The notes under the pieces are model-generated. The model had not been told where the DNA came from. It searched no databases and saw only the letters and a list, made by a program, of their open reading frames with translations. Made by a program: the position numbers and the translations under genes. 64,000 nucleotides of DNA from an uncultured delta proteobacterium (GTDB lineage: Bacteria; Desulfobacterota; Syntrophorhabdia; Syntrophorhabdales; WCHB1-27). The DNA lies in the NCBI GenBank assembly GCA_963835595.1, contig CAWIGL010000002.1:2534459-2598458 (forward strand). The letters are read 5' to 3'. Numbering within the stretch: the stretch's first letter is position 1; the number at the start of each line of letters is the position of its first letter. This document shows, piece by piece, positions 7,173 through 16,846 of this stretch.

Positions 7173-9908
7173 ATGGGCGACATAAGAAAAATGTTCGAAC
7201 CGAAAACTATTGCGGTTTTCGGCGATATGGCCGCAGAGGGTTCCGTAGAAAGGATACTCCTCGCCAACCTCCTGCTCTCGGACAGGCATAAGACCTTCTG
7301 GGTACACGCCGGCGCAAACGACGGGGAACCCCTGAAAAAGGTGAAAAAAGGCACAAAGCCGAAGCCCTTGGTGGTCAGCCCGACGGGTGAGTCGATGTTC
7401 GACCTGGTCTCGTATCCCGACGTGGCGAGCATCCCGGAAAAGGTAGACCTCGCGGTAATCTCAAGCCCTGCGCCCGCAGTCCCTCAAATAGTTGAGGAAT
7501 GCGGGAAAGCGGGGGTGGAGGGGATCGCTATCATTTCCGGAGGCTTCAGGGAGGCCGGAGAGGAAGGGCTAAAGCTGGAGGAGGAGGTCAGCCGGATAAG
7601 CAAAACCTACGGCATGAGGGTGCTGGGGCCCAACCGGGGCAGCATCATAAGGCCGAGCATCGGCCTCAACACGTCGATCTTCGACGTGCAGCCCGGTGAA
7701 GGGAACATCGCGTTCATTTCGCAGAGCGCCTCGATTGCGCGCGTAGTCCTCGACTGGGCGGCGAACGCCCATGTGGGCTTCAGCATGGTCATCTCCCTCG
7801 GCTCGATGGCCGATATAGACTTCGGCGACCTTATCGATTTCCTCGGCGAAGACCCGCTGACGCGGAGCATCATGATCTACATGGAGTCGGTCGGCAATGC
7901 GCGCAAATTCATAAGCGCGGCCCGCAGCTTCGCCAGGAGCAAGCCGATCATAGTCGTAAAGTCGGGCCAGTTCAAGGAGAGCGCGCGGGCGTCCCGTTCC
8001 CATACGGGGTCGGTCTCAGGCTACGACAAGGCATACGAGGTTGCCTTCAGGCGGGCAGGGGTCGTCCGGGTCCGGGAGATCATGGACCTTTTCAACGCTT
8101 CGGAGGTGCTCCATTCCAAGAACCTGCCGGGAGGGCCGTCGCTCGCGATAGTAACGAACGCCGGCGGCCTGGGCGTAATGGCAACGGATATCCTCATCGA
8201 CCTCGGGGGGAAGCTGGCCCGGCTGTCGCAGGAGTCGATAAACGCGCTGAGCGCTTTCCTGCCGTCCCATTGGAGCAAGAATAACCCCGTGGACCTTTTC
8301 GGGGATGCCGATATCGAGCGCTACACGAAGGCAGTCAACGTCTGTCTCGCAGACAGCAATGTGGACGGGATCCTCGTGATCTACGCGTCGAGCACGGCCG
8401 CCGAGCCTTCAGGGCTCGCGGCGGCCGTGGCGGAGATCGCCAGGCAGGCGGCGAAGCCCGTGATCGTCACCTGGATGGGCGGCGCCGCCGTTCAGGAAGG
8501 CAAAAAGGCGTTCAAGGAGATACGGATACCCGTCTACGAGACGCCGGAAGAGGCCATAAAGACGTACCTATATATGTATCGCTACAAGAGGAACCTCGAG
8601 CTCCTCTACGAGACCCCCGCCGACCTGTCCGTTGACCAGTCTCCCCCGAAGAACAACCTGAAGGCGTTCATCCGGCGGACCCTCAAGGAAGGAAAGATGG
8701 TCCTTACAGAGGCGGAATCGAAGAACTTCCTGAACAGCTACGGCATTCCGAGCACTATCCCCCATGCGGTAGAAAGCGTCGAAGCCGCCTCCAGTTGGGC
8801 GGACAGGATGGGCTACCCCATAGTCCTCAAGGTGGTCTCCCCCGATGTCCTCCGCAGGAGCGAGGTGGGCGGGACGGCGGTCGTCTATTCGGCCGGCAGG
8901 CTCCGGTCCGAATACGACGCGTTGCTGAGGAGGGTAGGGGAGAATCGCCCGGGTGCGAAAATCACCGGCGTAACGGTCGAAAAGATGGTCGAGGGCATCG
9001 AAAATCAGCTTGCCCTGGGGGCCAACAAAGATACCGATTTTGGGTGCATGATTTACTTTGGCATGGGTGGTATAGGTTCGGATGTTTACAGAGATATCTC
9101 ATTCGGGATACCACCCCTCAACCAGACCCTCGCCAGGCTCCTCATGGAGGAGACCGAGGTCTACAAGGTGCTCAAGGGCGGCGGCTCCAGGAAGCCGGCG
9201 GATTTGCGCGAGATCGAGCAGATCATCGTCAGCTTCTCCGATCTCGTAATCGACTTCCCCGAGATAGCAGAGATCAGCATTAACCCGATTGTCATATCGA
9301 AAGGCAAACCGCTCGCGGTGAACGCCCGGATAACCCTTGAAAGCGGAGAGGTTGGGCAGACAAGCCAGTATCCCCATCTGGTCATTACTCCTTATCCTAT
9401 GCGTTACGTGAGCCAGTGGCTGCTCGCGGACGGCAAGCACGTGCTGCTCCGGCCGATAAAACCGGAGGACGAGCCGCTGGAGCACGAGCTGCTCAGCTCG
9501 CTCTCGGAAGCTACGATGAGGGCGCGGTTTTTCTCGATCATCAAGGACATCTCCCATGAGATGCTCATCCGGTACTGCAACATCGACTACGACAGGGAGA
9601 TGGCTATAGTCGCCGAGGTGCGGGAGAACGAGAAGAGGAAGATGATAGGCATAGGGCGCCTGATCGTAGACAGGGAGTTCAAGTCCGGGGAGTTTGCGGT
9701 GCTCGTCCATGACGACTACCAGGGGAAGGGGTTGGGCCTGAAGCTCGTGGACGTGCTTATCGGCATTGCGGAGGATAAAGGACTCGACCGTATTTACGGC
9801 GAGATACTGACAGAGAATGAAAAAATGATCGCGGTATGCAGAAAGCTCGGATTTACCGTCGAGACGGCTGACGAGGAGATGACCAGGGTCAACCTCGAGC
9901 TCCGTTGA
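7173..9908 (+). CDS. Second Pat/PatZ-type acyl-CoA-synthetase-like/GNAT fusion protein (911 aa from MGDIRKMF; ORF-track upstream extension rejected)
   Basis: Start aligns with paralog 1 (MGDIKRMFDP vs MGDIRKMFEP); SRSHTGSVSG His motif; C-terminal GNAT (IGIGRLIV...HDDYQGKGLGLKL). Confidence 0.85.
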   Translation: MGDIRKMFEPKTIAVFGDMAAEGSVERILLANLLLSDRHKTFWVHAGANDGEPLKKVKKGTKPKPLVVSPTGESMFDLVSYPDVASIPEKVDLAVISSPAPAVPQIVEECGKAGVEGIAIISGGFREAGEEGLKLEEEVSRISKTYGMRVLGPNRGSIIRPSIGLNTSIFDVQPGEGNIAFISQSASIARVVLDWAANAHVGFSMVISLGSMADIDFGDLIDFLGEDPLTRSIMIYMESVGNARKFISAARSFARSKPIIVVKSGQFKESARASRSHTGSVSGYDKAYEVAFRRAGVVRVREIMDLFNASEVLHSKNLPGGPSLAIVTNAGGLGVMATDILIDLGGKLARLSQESINALSAFLPSHWSKNNPVDLFGDADIERYTKAVNVCLADSNVDGILVIYASSTAAEPSGLAAAVAEIARQAAKPVIVTWMGGAAVQEGKKAFKEIRIPVYETPEEAIKTYLYMYRYKRNLELLYETPADLSVDQSPPKNNLKAFIRRTLKEGKMVLTEAESKNFLNSYGIPSTIPHAVESVEAASSWADRMGYPIVLKVVSPDVLRRSEVGGTAVVYSAGRLRSEYDALLRRVGENRPGAKITGVTVEKMVEGIENQLALGANKDTDFGCMIYFGMGGIGSDVYRDISFGIPPLNQTLARLLMEETEVYKVLKGGGSRKPADLREIEQIIVSFSDLVIDFPEIAEISINPIVISKGKPLAVNARITLESGEVGQTSQYPHLVITPYPMRYVSQWLLADGKHVLLRPIKPEDEPLEHELLSSLSEATMRARFFSIIKDISHEMLIRYCNIDYDREMAIVAEVRENEKRKMIGIGRLIVDREFKSGEFAVLVHDDYQGKGLGLKLVDVLIGIAEDKGLDRIYGEILTENEKMIAVCRKLGFTVETADEEMTRVNLELR

Positions 9909-9965
9909 GGCGGTCCGGGCAGACCGTGTCCTGCGGATCAGTATTTATTATAAGGAGGCAGTGAG

Positions 9966-10616
9966 ATGAAGAGTCCCACACCTGCACCATACAGCTATTC
10001 CGGCGCCAGCGCCCGTCCCTCGCTCCTTTACGAAGTGAGGAAGGTGCTGAAGTACCAGTCTGAGCTGAACCCGGAGTTCGGCAAGGACGTAGCCCAGAAG
10101 GCCCACGGGGAGAACCTCTTCGCGTGCATACAGTGCGGCACATGCTCAGGCACCTGCCCGGTGAGCCATTATATGGACTACACGCCGAGGAGGATCATCG
10201 CGATGGTCCGCTCAGGGTTCGAGGAAGAGGTCCTGGCGAGCTCGACCATCTGGCTTTGCGCCTCCTGCTACCAGTGCACGGTAGATTGCCCGAAGCAGAT
10301 CAAGATTACGGATATCATGTACGCCCTGAAGCAGAAGGCTATAGCGCGCCACGTCTATCCGGCCAAGTTCCCCATACCCATCATGGCCGAGGAGTTCTAC
10401 AAGAACGTTGCGAAGAACGGCAGGAACTCGGAAGGCGCCCTCATGATAAACATGGCGCGCAGGACGAGCATCTTCAATCTCTTCAAGTACACGCGCCTCG
10501 GGATGAAGCTCTTTATGACGGGCAGGATGGCCCTCAGGGAGGAGGGCATAGAGAACAAGGCGCAGCTCCGCACGCTTCTGCGGGGCGTAGAAAAGGCTGA
10601 GGAGGAAGCGAGATGA
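9966..10616 (+). CDS. hdrC: Heterodisulfide reductase subunit C-like (two 4Fe-4S ferredoxin motifs)
   Basis: CIQCGTCSGTCP and CASCYQCTVDCP motifs; 216 aa; AAGGAGG RBS; directly upstream of hdrB. Confidence 0.8.
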   Translation: MKSPTPAPYSYSGASARPSLLYEVRKVLKYQSELNPEFGKDVAQKAHGENLFACIQCGTCSGTCPVSHYMDYTPRRIIAMVRSGFEEEVLASSTIWLCASCYQCTVDCPKQIKITDIMYALKQKAIARHVYPAKFPIPIMAEEFYKNVAKNGRNSEGALMINMARRTSIFNLFKYTRLGMKLFMTGRMALREEGIENKAQLRTLLRGVEKAEEEAR

Positions 10617-11494
10617 AGTATCTCTATTATCCAGGCTGTTCCCTGAAGAGCACCGGCAAGCCTTACGAGGAATCGCTGAAGGCGGTCTTCTCCGCGCTCA
10701 ACGTCCCCCTCGAAGAGCTTCGGGACTGGAATTGCTGCGGCGCCACTGCCTACATGGCCGTAGACGAGGTGAAGTCCTTCGCCCTCTCCGCGCGCAACCT
10801 GGCCCTTGCTGAGAAGCAGGGCGAGCCGGCGGAAAACGGCCATGTCCAGCTCGTCGCCCCATGTTCCGCCTGCTATGCCCTCCACCTGAAGACCCAGCAC
10901 TACCTTGACGAGAAGGAGGACATAAGGAAGAAGGTCGAGCGGGGGCTGAAAGAGGCGTCTCTCACCTATGAGGGAAGGGTCGATGTGCGCCATCCCCTCG
11001 ACGTGCTGGTGAACGACATCGGGACCGAAAAGATAAAAGAGGCGGTAAAATCGCCCCTCGGAAACAAGGTGGCGTGCTACTACGGCTGCCAGATCGTCAG
11101 GCCGTATGCGACGTTCGACAACCAGGCAAGCCCGACCAGCCTCGATAAGCTGATGCAGGCCATAGGGGCCACGCCCGTAGAATGGGCCATGAAGACGCGC
11201 TGCTGCGGCGGCACGCTCGTCGGCACGATCAGGGAGGTCGGCTTCCGTCTCAACTATCTCATCCTCAAGGAGGCGGAGAGGAAGGGGGCCGATACCCTGG
11301 CCACTACCTGCCCCTTGTGCCAGTTCGGTCTGGAATGTTTTCAGCCCGACGTGAACGCCAGCTGGCAGGCGAGCTTCCATACCCCTGTCGTCTACTTTAC
11401 GCAGTTGTTGGGGCTGGCCCTCGGCATCCCGGAGAAAAAGCTAGGTATGCAACGGCTCTTCGTGCCGTACAAGAAGGCTCAAATAGGAGGTTAG
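10613..11494 (+). CDS. hdrB: Heterodisulfide reductase subunit B-like (two CCG cysteine-rich domains)
   Basis: NCCGATAY...CYYGCQ and TRCCGGT...CPLCQF motifs; ATGA start/stop overlap with hdrC. Confidence 0.85.
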   Translation: MKYLYYPGCSLKSTGKPYEESLKAVFSALNVPLEELRDWNCCGATAYMAVDEVKSFALSARNLALAEKQGEPAENGHVQLVAPCSACYALHLKTQHYLDEKEDIRKKVERGLKEASLTYEGRVDVRHPLDVLVNDIGTEKIKEAVKSPLGNKVACYYGCQIVRPYATFDNQASPTSLDKLMQAIGATPVEWAMKTRCCGGTLVGTIREVGFRLNYLILKEAERKGADTLATTCPLCQFGLECFQPDVNASWQASFHTPVVYFTQLLGLALGIPEKKLGMQRLFVPYKKAQIGG

Positions 11495-11497
11495 CGA

Positions 11498-13486
11498 ATG
11501 GCAGCGAACGGACTACCAAAAGTAGGGGTCTACCTATGCGACTGCGGCACGAACATCGCCGCCACAGTCGACGTGCCGGCAGTGGTGGAATTTGCTTCCA
11601 CCCTCCCCGGCGTAGTAGTCGCCCGGGAATATAAATACATCTGCTCGGAGCCGGGGCAGCAGTTGATCCAGCAGGACATCAAGGAAAAGAACCTTGAGAG
11701 GGTCGTTGTCGCTTCCTGCTCGCCAAGGATGCACGAGCCGACATTCCAGGCGGCCGTGGCGAAGGCGGGCCTTAACCCCTTCTATTTCGCTATGGTCAAC
11801 ATCAGGGAGCACGTCTCGTGGGTCGTCAAAGACAAGGACCTGGCCACCGCCAAGGCGAAGAGGCTCCTTCGGGCCGCGGTGGGAAGGGTCGTCCTCCAGG
11901 AAGAGCTTTTCTCCCGGACGGACCCGGTCACCCCGGCCGCGATGGTGGTGGGCGGAGGCATCGCCGGCATCCAGTCGGCGCTGACGATCGCCGACGCGGG
12001 CTACAAGATCTACCTCGTCGAGCGCAACCCCTCGATCGGCGGCCATATGGCCCAGCTCGACAAAACGTTCCCGACGCTAGACTGTAGCACCTGAATCCTC
12101 GGCCCCAAGATGATGGATGCCGGTCGGCATCCGAACATCACCCTGCTGACGAATAGCGAAGTGACGAATGTCTCGGGCTACGTGGGTAATTACAAGGTAA
12201 GCGTAAAGAAGAAGCCGCGCTATATCAAGGAGGAGCTTTGTGTGGGCTGCCTCCAGTGCATAGACGGCTGCACCTATAAAGAGGCGAAGTTCGCCGACGA
12301 GTTCCAGATGGGCCTCGGCAAGCGCAAGCCCATCTACCTGCCCTTCCCCCAGGCGACCCCCCAGGTCGTGCTCATCGACCCGGACCGCTGCATCCAGTTG
12401 AAGACGGGGAAATGCAAAAAGACCTGTGCGGAGGCCTGCGACAGGAAGGCCATCGACTTCGACCAGAAAGAAGAGACCATCGAGGTCGATGTGGGCGCCA
12501 TTGTCGTCTCGACGGGCTTCGAGACCTTCGACGCGGCGAGGCTCCCGCAGTACGGCTACGGCGTTTATCCGAACGTCTATACGGGCCTCGAAGTCGAGAG
12601 GCTTACGAGCGCTTCCGGGCCTACCGGCGGCGAAGTGGTCCTGCGGGACGGCAGCCACCCGAAGAGCGTCGGCATCGTCCACTGCGTCGGCTCCCGCGAC
12701 GAGAAGACGAACCGCTGGTGCTCAAGGGTCTGCTGTATGTATTCGTTGAAGCTGGCCCACATGGTTAAGGACCACACGGGCGCCGACGTCTATAATTTCT
12801 ACATCGATATGCGCACCCCCGGAAAGAGCTACGAGGAGTTCTACGACAAGCTCCTCTCCGAGGGCGTCAATTTCGTCCGTGGCCGCGTAGCCGAGGTTAC
12901 CGACTGGGCGATAAGGCCGGAGGAGGAAGGGAAGCTCGTGATCCGGGTGGAAGATACCCTCGTCGGCGTGGTGAGAAGGATTCCCGTCGATATGGTCATC
13001 CTTTCCACGGGTCTCCAGCCCCAGGCGGACGCCGGTGCAGTGGCGTCGATGTTCGGCATAAGCCGGACCGCGGACGGCTTCTTCGCGGAGGCCCATCCGA
13101 AGCTGCGGCCGGTCGAGACGAATACCGACGGGGTCTATCTTGCGGGCTGCGCCCAGGGGCCCAGGGACGTGCCCGATACGGTCGCCCATGCAGGGGCGGC
13201 CGCGTCGATGGTCATCGGTCTTCTCAACAGGGGACAGGTGACCATATCGCCGACAGTGGCCGCGGTAGATGAGAAGCTATGCTCCGCCTGCAAGACGTGC
13301 CTCTCCGTCTGCCCGTACCAGGCGATCAGCTTCGACGCCGGGAAGAAGGTGGCGGGCGTCAACGAAGCCCTGTGCAAGGGGTGCGGCACCTGCGTGGCTG
13401 CCTGCCCTGCGGGGGCAATCACGGGCCGCCATTTCTCGGACGAGCAGATCGTTGCCCAGATAGAAGGGCTTCTCAAAACTGCTTAA
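11498..13486 (+). CDS. hdrA: Heterodisulfide reductase subunit A-like flavoprotein with an in-frame TGA (12092-12094) read as selenocysteine; 662 aa
   Basis: FAD motif VVGGGIAGIQSAL; the two ORF-track pieces (11498-12094, 12110-13486) share one frame, split only by TGA inside FPTLDCST-U-ILGPKMM (Cys in non-Sec HdrA: DCSMCILAPKM); several 4Fe-4S Cys clusters downstream. Confidence 0.8.
12108..12139 (+). other. SECIS-like stem-loop 13 nt downstream of the hdrA UGA (GAUG[AUG]GAUGCC-GGUC-GGCAUC[CGAA]CAUC)
   Basis: Two-tier hairpin, apical loop GGUC, at the spacing of bacterial SECIS elements. Confidence 0.4.
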
Positions 13487-13495
13487 AGGAGCACG

Positions 13496-13930
13496 ATGAT
13501 GAACTTTGAACCAAAAATAATCGCCTTCCTCTGCAATTGGTGCACTTACACCGCAGCCGATGCGGCAGGCGTCGCCCGTATGGAGCAGCCGGCGAACGTG
13601 GACGTAATCCGCGTCATGTGCACGGGCAGGATAGAGCCCATGTTCGTCATGAAGGCTTTTGCCGAAGGGGCGGACGGGGTTATCGTTTCCGGCTGCCATC
13701 CGCCGGGAGACTGCCATTACACGAACGGCAACTTCAAGACCTTCCGCCGTATGCCTCTTTTGGCGACGCTCCTTTCCCAGTTCGGCATCGAGAAGGGGAG
13801 GTTCCACTGGGGCTGGATATCCGGCGCGGAGGCGCCCAAGTGGGCGGAACTTGCCCGGAGCTTCACCGAACAGGTACGCGGCCTGGGGCCACTCGACTGG
13901 AAGGCCCAGCTCGCGAGCAAGGAGGATTAG
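13496..13930 (+). CDS. mvhD: MvhD/FlpD-like iron-sulfur protein (methyl-viologen-reducing hydrogenase delta subunit)
   Basis: MMNFEPKIIAFLCNWCTYTAAD...VMCTGRIEP...VSGCHPPGDCHY, characteristic MvhD Cys pattern. Confidence 0.8.
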   Translation: MMNFEPKIIAFLCNWCTYTAADAAGVARMEQPANVDVIRVMCTGRIEPMFVMKAFAEGADGVIVSGCHPPGDCHYTNGNFKTFRRMPLLATLLSQFGIEKGRFHWGWISGAEAPKWAELARSFTEQVRGLGPLDWKAQLASKED

Positions 13931-13931
13931 C

Positions 13932-14891
13932 ATGGCTGATAAACTGAAGCTCGCCCTCTACTGGGCTGCATCGTGCGGAGGCTGCGAGATCGCCATCGTC
14001 GAGCTGCGCGAGAAGATACTTATCGTCGACCAGGTGGCCGACATTCTCTTCTGGCCGGTCGCTGTAGACACAAAGTATAAGGACGTGGAGGCCATGCCGG
14101 ACGGCCACATCGACGTCTGCCTGTTCAACGGGGCGATCCGCACGAGCGAGAACGAGCACTTGGCCCACCTCCTGCGGAAGAAATCAAAGGTCCTCGTCGC
14201 CTTCGGCTCCTGCGCGAACGAAGGCTGCATGCCCGGCCTGGCGAACCTCTACGACCGGGAGTCGATTTTCAGTTACGCCTATCTGGAATCCCCGTCGGTG
14301 GACAACCCGAACAAGGTCGTCCCCCAGACGCAGAACAAGATGCCCGAAGGGGAGATCGAGATACCCAAGTTCTACCAGACGGTCAAGACGCTTTCTCAGG
14401 TCGTCGATGTAGACTACCACGTACCCGGCTGTCCGCCGCAGGCCCCGCAGATATGGGCGGTGATAGAGGCGATAGTCCAGGGCAAGCTCCCCGCGAAAGG
14501 GAGCGTGGTCGGCGCGAACGACAAGACCGTCTGCGACGAGTGCAAGCACGAGCGCAAGGAGAAGGCGATCAAGAAGTTTTACCGCACCTACGAGATCATC
14601 CCCGAGTCCACGCAGTGCCTCTTCGACCAGGGCCTGATTTGTGCCGGACCGGCTACGAGGGGCGGCTGCGGCGCACTCTGCACGAAGGTCGATGTGCCCT
14701 GCCGGGGCTGCTACGGACCCCCGCCCCATATCGTAGACCAGGGGGCTGCCCTGATGTCTGCCGCGGCGTCCGTGGTGGATGCGGATACGGAAGAGGAGGC
14801 GGCCCGCATCGTGGGCGAGATCGCCGACCCTATAGGGACCTTCTACCGCTTCGGCTTGCCGGCGTCGCTCCTGCACCGGAAGAAGATGTAA
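13932..14891 (+). CDS. mvhG: [NiFe] hydrogenase small subunit (F420-non-reducing / Mvh type)
   Basis: MADKLKLALYWAASCGGCEIA... small-subunit N-terminal Cys motif; real start is internal to ORF-track 13659-14891, preceded by AAGGAGGA. Confidence 0.8.
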   Translation: MADKLKLALYWAASCGGCEIAIVELREKILIVDQVADILFWPVAVDTKYKDVEAMPDGHIDVCLFNGAIRTSENEHLAHLLRKKSKVLVAFGSCANEGCMPGLANLYDRESIFSYAYLESPSVDNPNKVVPQTQNKMPEGEIEIPKFYQTVKTLSQVVDVDYHVPGCPPQAPQIWAVIEAIVQGKLPAKGSVVGANDKTVCDECKHERKEKAIKKFYRTYEIIPESTQCLFDQGLICAGPATRGGCGALCTKVDVPCRGCYGPPPHIVDQGAALMSAAASVVDADTEEEAARIVGEIADPIGTFYRFGLPASLLHRKKM

Positions 14892-14931
14892 TGCGGACGC
14901 AGGGGCCCAAGAAAGTTATAAGGAGAGCGCT

Positions 14932-16395
14932 ATGAAGAAGATAAGCATTGATCCCGTGACCCGGCTCGAAGGACACGGAAGGATAGACCTCTTCCTGGAC
15001 GACCAGGGAGAGGTGGCCAATGCCTATATGGTCATCCCCGAGCTTAGGGGGTTCGAGAAATTCTCCCAGGGGAGGTGCGTCGAGGAATTGACGGACATTA
15101 CCCCCCGCATCTGCGGCGTCTGCCCGGAGGCGCACCATCTCGCCGCCACCAAGGCCACGGACGAGGTTTTCCACGTCGATCCGCCGCCGGCGGCAAAGAA
15201 GCTGAGGGAGCTTTTCTACTCCGCCTTTTATGTAGCGGACCACACGGTCCACTTCTATATCCTGGGCGGGCCCGACTTCGTGATGGGCCCCGACGCCCCC
15301 GTTGCGGAGCGCAACATCCTGGGGGTGATCCATAAGGTAGGGGTGGAGATCGGCTCGAAGGTGATCGAGGCCAGGGGCAAGGCGATGGACGTCATCGGCA
15401 TGTTGGGGGGCAGGAAGATCCATCCCACCTTCGGGATCGCCGGGGGCGTGATGAAGTCCCTCACCGAAGAGGAGAGGAAGCAGGTGGAGCAGACGGCTGC
15501 CGACTCGATAGAGTTCGGCCTGTTCAGCCTGAAGCTCTTCAAGGACATCGTCCTCGCCAACAAGGGCTATCTCGACCTTATAATGTCGCCCATCTTCACC
15601 ATGCCGACGTACTACATGGGCATGGTGGACGACAAGAACAAGGTCAATTTCTACGACGGGAAGATCAGGGTGGTCGATCCCGAAGGGAAGGAGTTCGTAA
15701 AGTACAGCCCCAAGGATTACCTGGAGCACGTGGCGGAGCGCGTCGAGCCCTGGACGTATCTCAAGTTCCCGTATCTGAAGAAGGTGGGCTGGAAGGGCCT
15801 TACCCTGGGCAAGGATTCGGGGGTGTACCAGGCGACGCCGCTCTCCCGCCTCAACGCGTCGGACGGCATGGCTACGCCTAGGGCGCAGGAGGCCTATGAG
15901 GAGATGTTCAAGACGTTCGGCCATAAGCCCGTTCACAATCTCCTGGCTACGCACTGGGCGCGCCTGATCGAGCTTCTCTATGCGGCTGAGCGCCTCCAGG
16001 AGCTCTCCAGGGACCCCGGCATCACAGACCCGAAGGTCCGCAACATACCGACGGAGAAGCCGACGGAAGGCGTAGGCATCGTAGAGGCGCCCAGAGGCAC
16101 CCTTACCCATCACTATATCACCGATGAGAAGGGCATCGTAACGAAGGCGAACCTTATAGTCGGCACGACAAACAACTACGCGCCCATCTCCATCGCCGTG
16201 AAGCAGGCGGCGCAGGGGCTTATCAAGAAGGGCGTCGAGGTGACGGAGGGCATCCTCAACCGCGTGGAAATGGCCTTCCGCCTCTACGACCCGTGCTTCG
16301 GCTGCGCCACGCATACGCTCCCAGGCAGGATGCCGCTCGTCATCAATATCATGGACCCGAATGGAGAGGTAGTGCGGCAGATAAGAAGGGATTAA
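14932..16395 (+). CDS. mvhA: [NiFe] hydrogenase large subunit (Mvh type), Cys rather than Sec at the active site
   Basis: N-terminal RICGVCPEAHH (CxxC) and C-terminal DPCFGCATH (DPCxxCxxH) Ni-Fe ligand motifs; 487 aa. Confidence 0.85.
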   Translation: MKKISIDPVTRLEGHGRIDLFLDDQGEVANAYMVIPELRGFEKFSQGRCVEELTDITPRICGVCPEAHHLAATKATDEVFHVDPPPAAKKLRELFYSAFYVADHTVHFYILGGPDFVMGPDAPVAERNILGVIHKVGVEIGSKVIEARGKAMDVIGMLGGRKIHPTFGIAGGVMKSLTEEERKQVEQTAADSIEFGLFSLKLFKDIVLANKGYLDLIMSPIFTMPTYYMGMVDDKNKVNFYDGKIRVVDPEGKEFVKYSPKDYLEHVAERVEPWTYLKFPYLKKVGWKGLTLGKDSGVYQATPLSRLNASDGMATPRAQEAYEEMFKTFGHKPVHNLLATHWARLIELLYAAERLQELSRDPGITDPKVRNIPTEKPTEGVGIVEAPRGTLTHHYITDEKGIVTKANLIVGTTNNYAPISIAVKQAAQGLIKKGVEVTEGILNRVEMAFRLYDPCFGCATHTLPGRMPLVINIMDPNGEVVRQIRRD

Positions 16396-16407
16396 GTAGG
16401 ATGTTCG

Positions 16408-16460
16408 GTAGACAAAAACAGCCCGCTCCTGGCAGGAGCGGGCTGTTTTTGTCTACCACG
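16408..16460. terminator. Bidirectional rho-independent terminator: perfect 23-bp stem (GGTAGACAAAAACAGCCCGCTCC / GGAGCGGGCTGTTTTTGTCTACC) with 4-nt loop
   Basis: Starts 13 nt after the mvhA stop; symmetric A/T tracts give a T-run on either strand. Confidence 0.7.
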
Positions 16461-16702
16461 TCAGGGGGCCGGGATCCTTCCGCGCCTTTTCCGCCGTTTT
16501 CTCGGCGCGCCTCCTCAATGTACTACAAATGTACGATTTCGTCGGGCGCCTTCGAAAACCAACGGAAAATCCATCGAAAATCTCCCGGCCCTGAACCCTC
16601 AGCTGCACTGCCTGCATATTTTTTGTTTCTTTGTACGGACGTGGTTGTTTTCAGACGGAGAAATAGCACCTTACTTAGCGTTTTCACAGGACCTGCCGGG
16701 CT

Positions 16703-16795
16703 TTACATACCTTTCTTTTCCTGATGCCTGATGACCAGATAGAACACGCCTGCGAAAATCGCTGTTGGGACGGCAATTGCCGCTACATATTCCAT
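16703..16795 (-). CDS. Unannotated 30-aa single-TM peptide MEYVAAIAVPTAIFAGVFYLVIRHQEKKGM
   Basis: ATG preceded by AAGGAGG at optimal spacing; 46 nt downstream of the CoA-transferase-GNAT gene stop; hydrophobic core plus basic C-terminus. Confidence 0.4.
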   Translation of the reverse strand: MEYVAAIAVPTAIFAGVFYLVIRHQEKKGM

Positions 16796-16846
16796 GTTAT
16801 TTCCCGGCCTCCTTATCTTTCGGAGTGATCTCAGCCGCAAAACGGC

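Noticed and set aside
6848-7432. 194-aa minus-strand ORF spanning the sigma-54 intergenic region and the 5' end of Pat2
   Set aside because: Crosses an intergenic region containing a promoter and palindrome and overlaps the start of a strongly supported plus-strand gene; low-complexity translation
12092-12094. Interpreting the hdrA in-frame TGA as a genuine stop (split hdrA) or as programmed frameshifting
   Set aside because: Both flanking pieces are in the same frame, the codon aligns with a conserved Cys of HdrA, and a SECIS-like hairpin follows, so selenocysteine recoding is the simplest explanation
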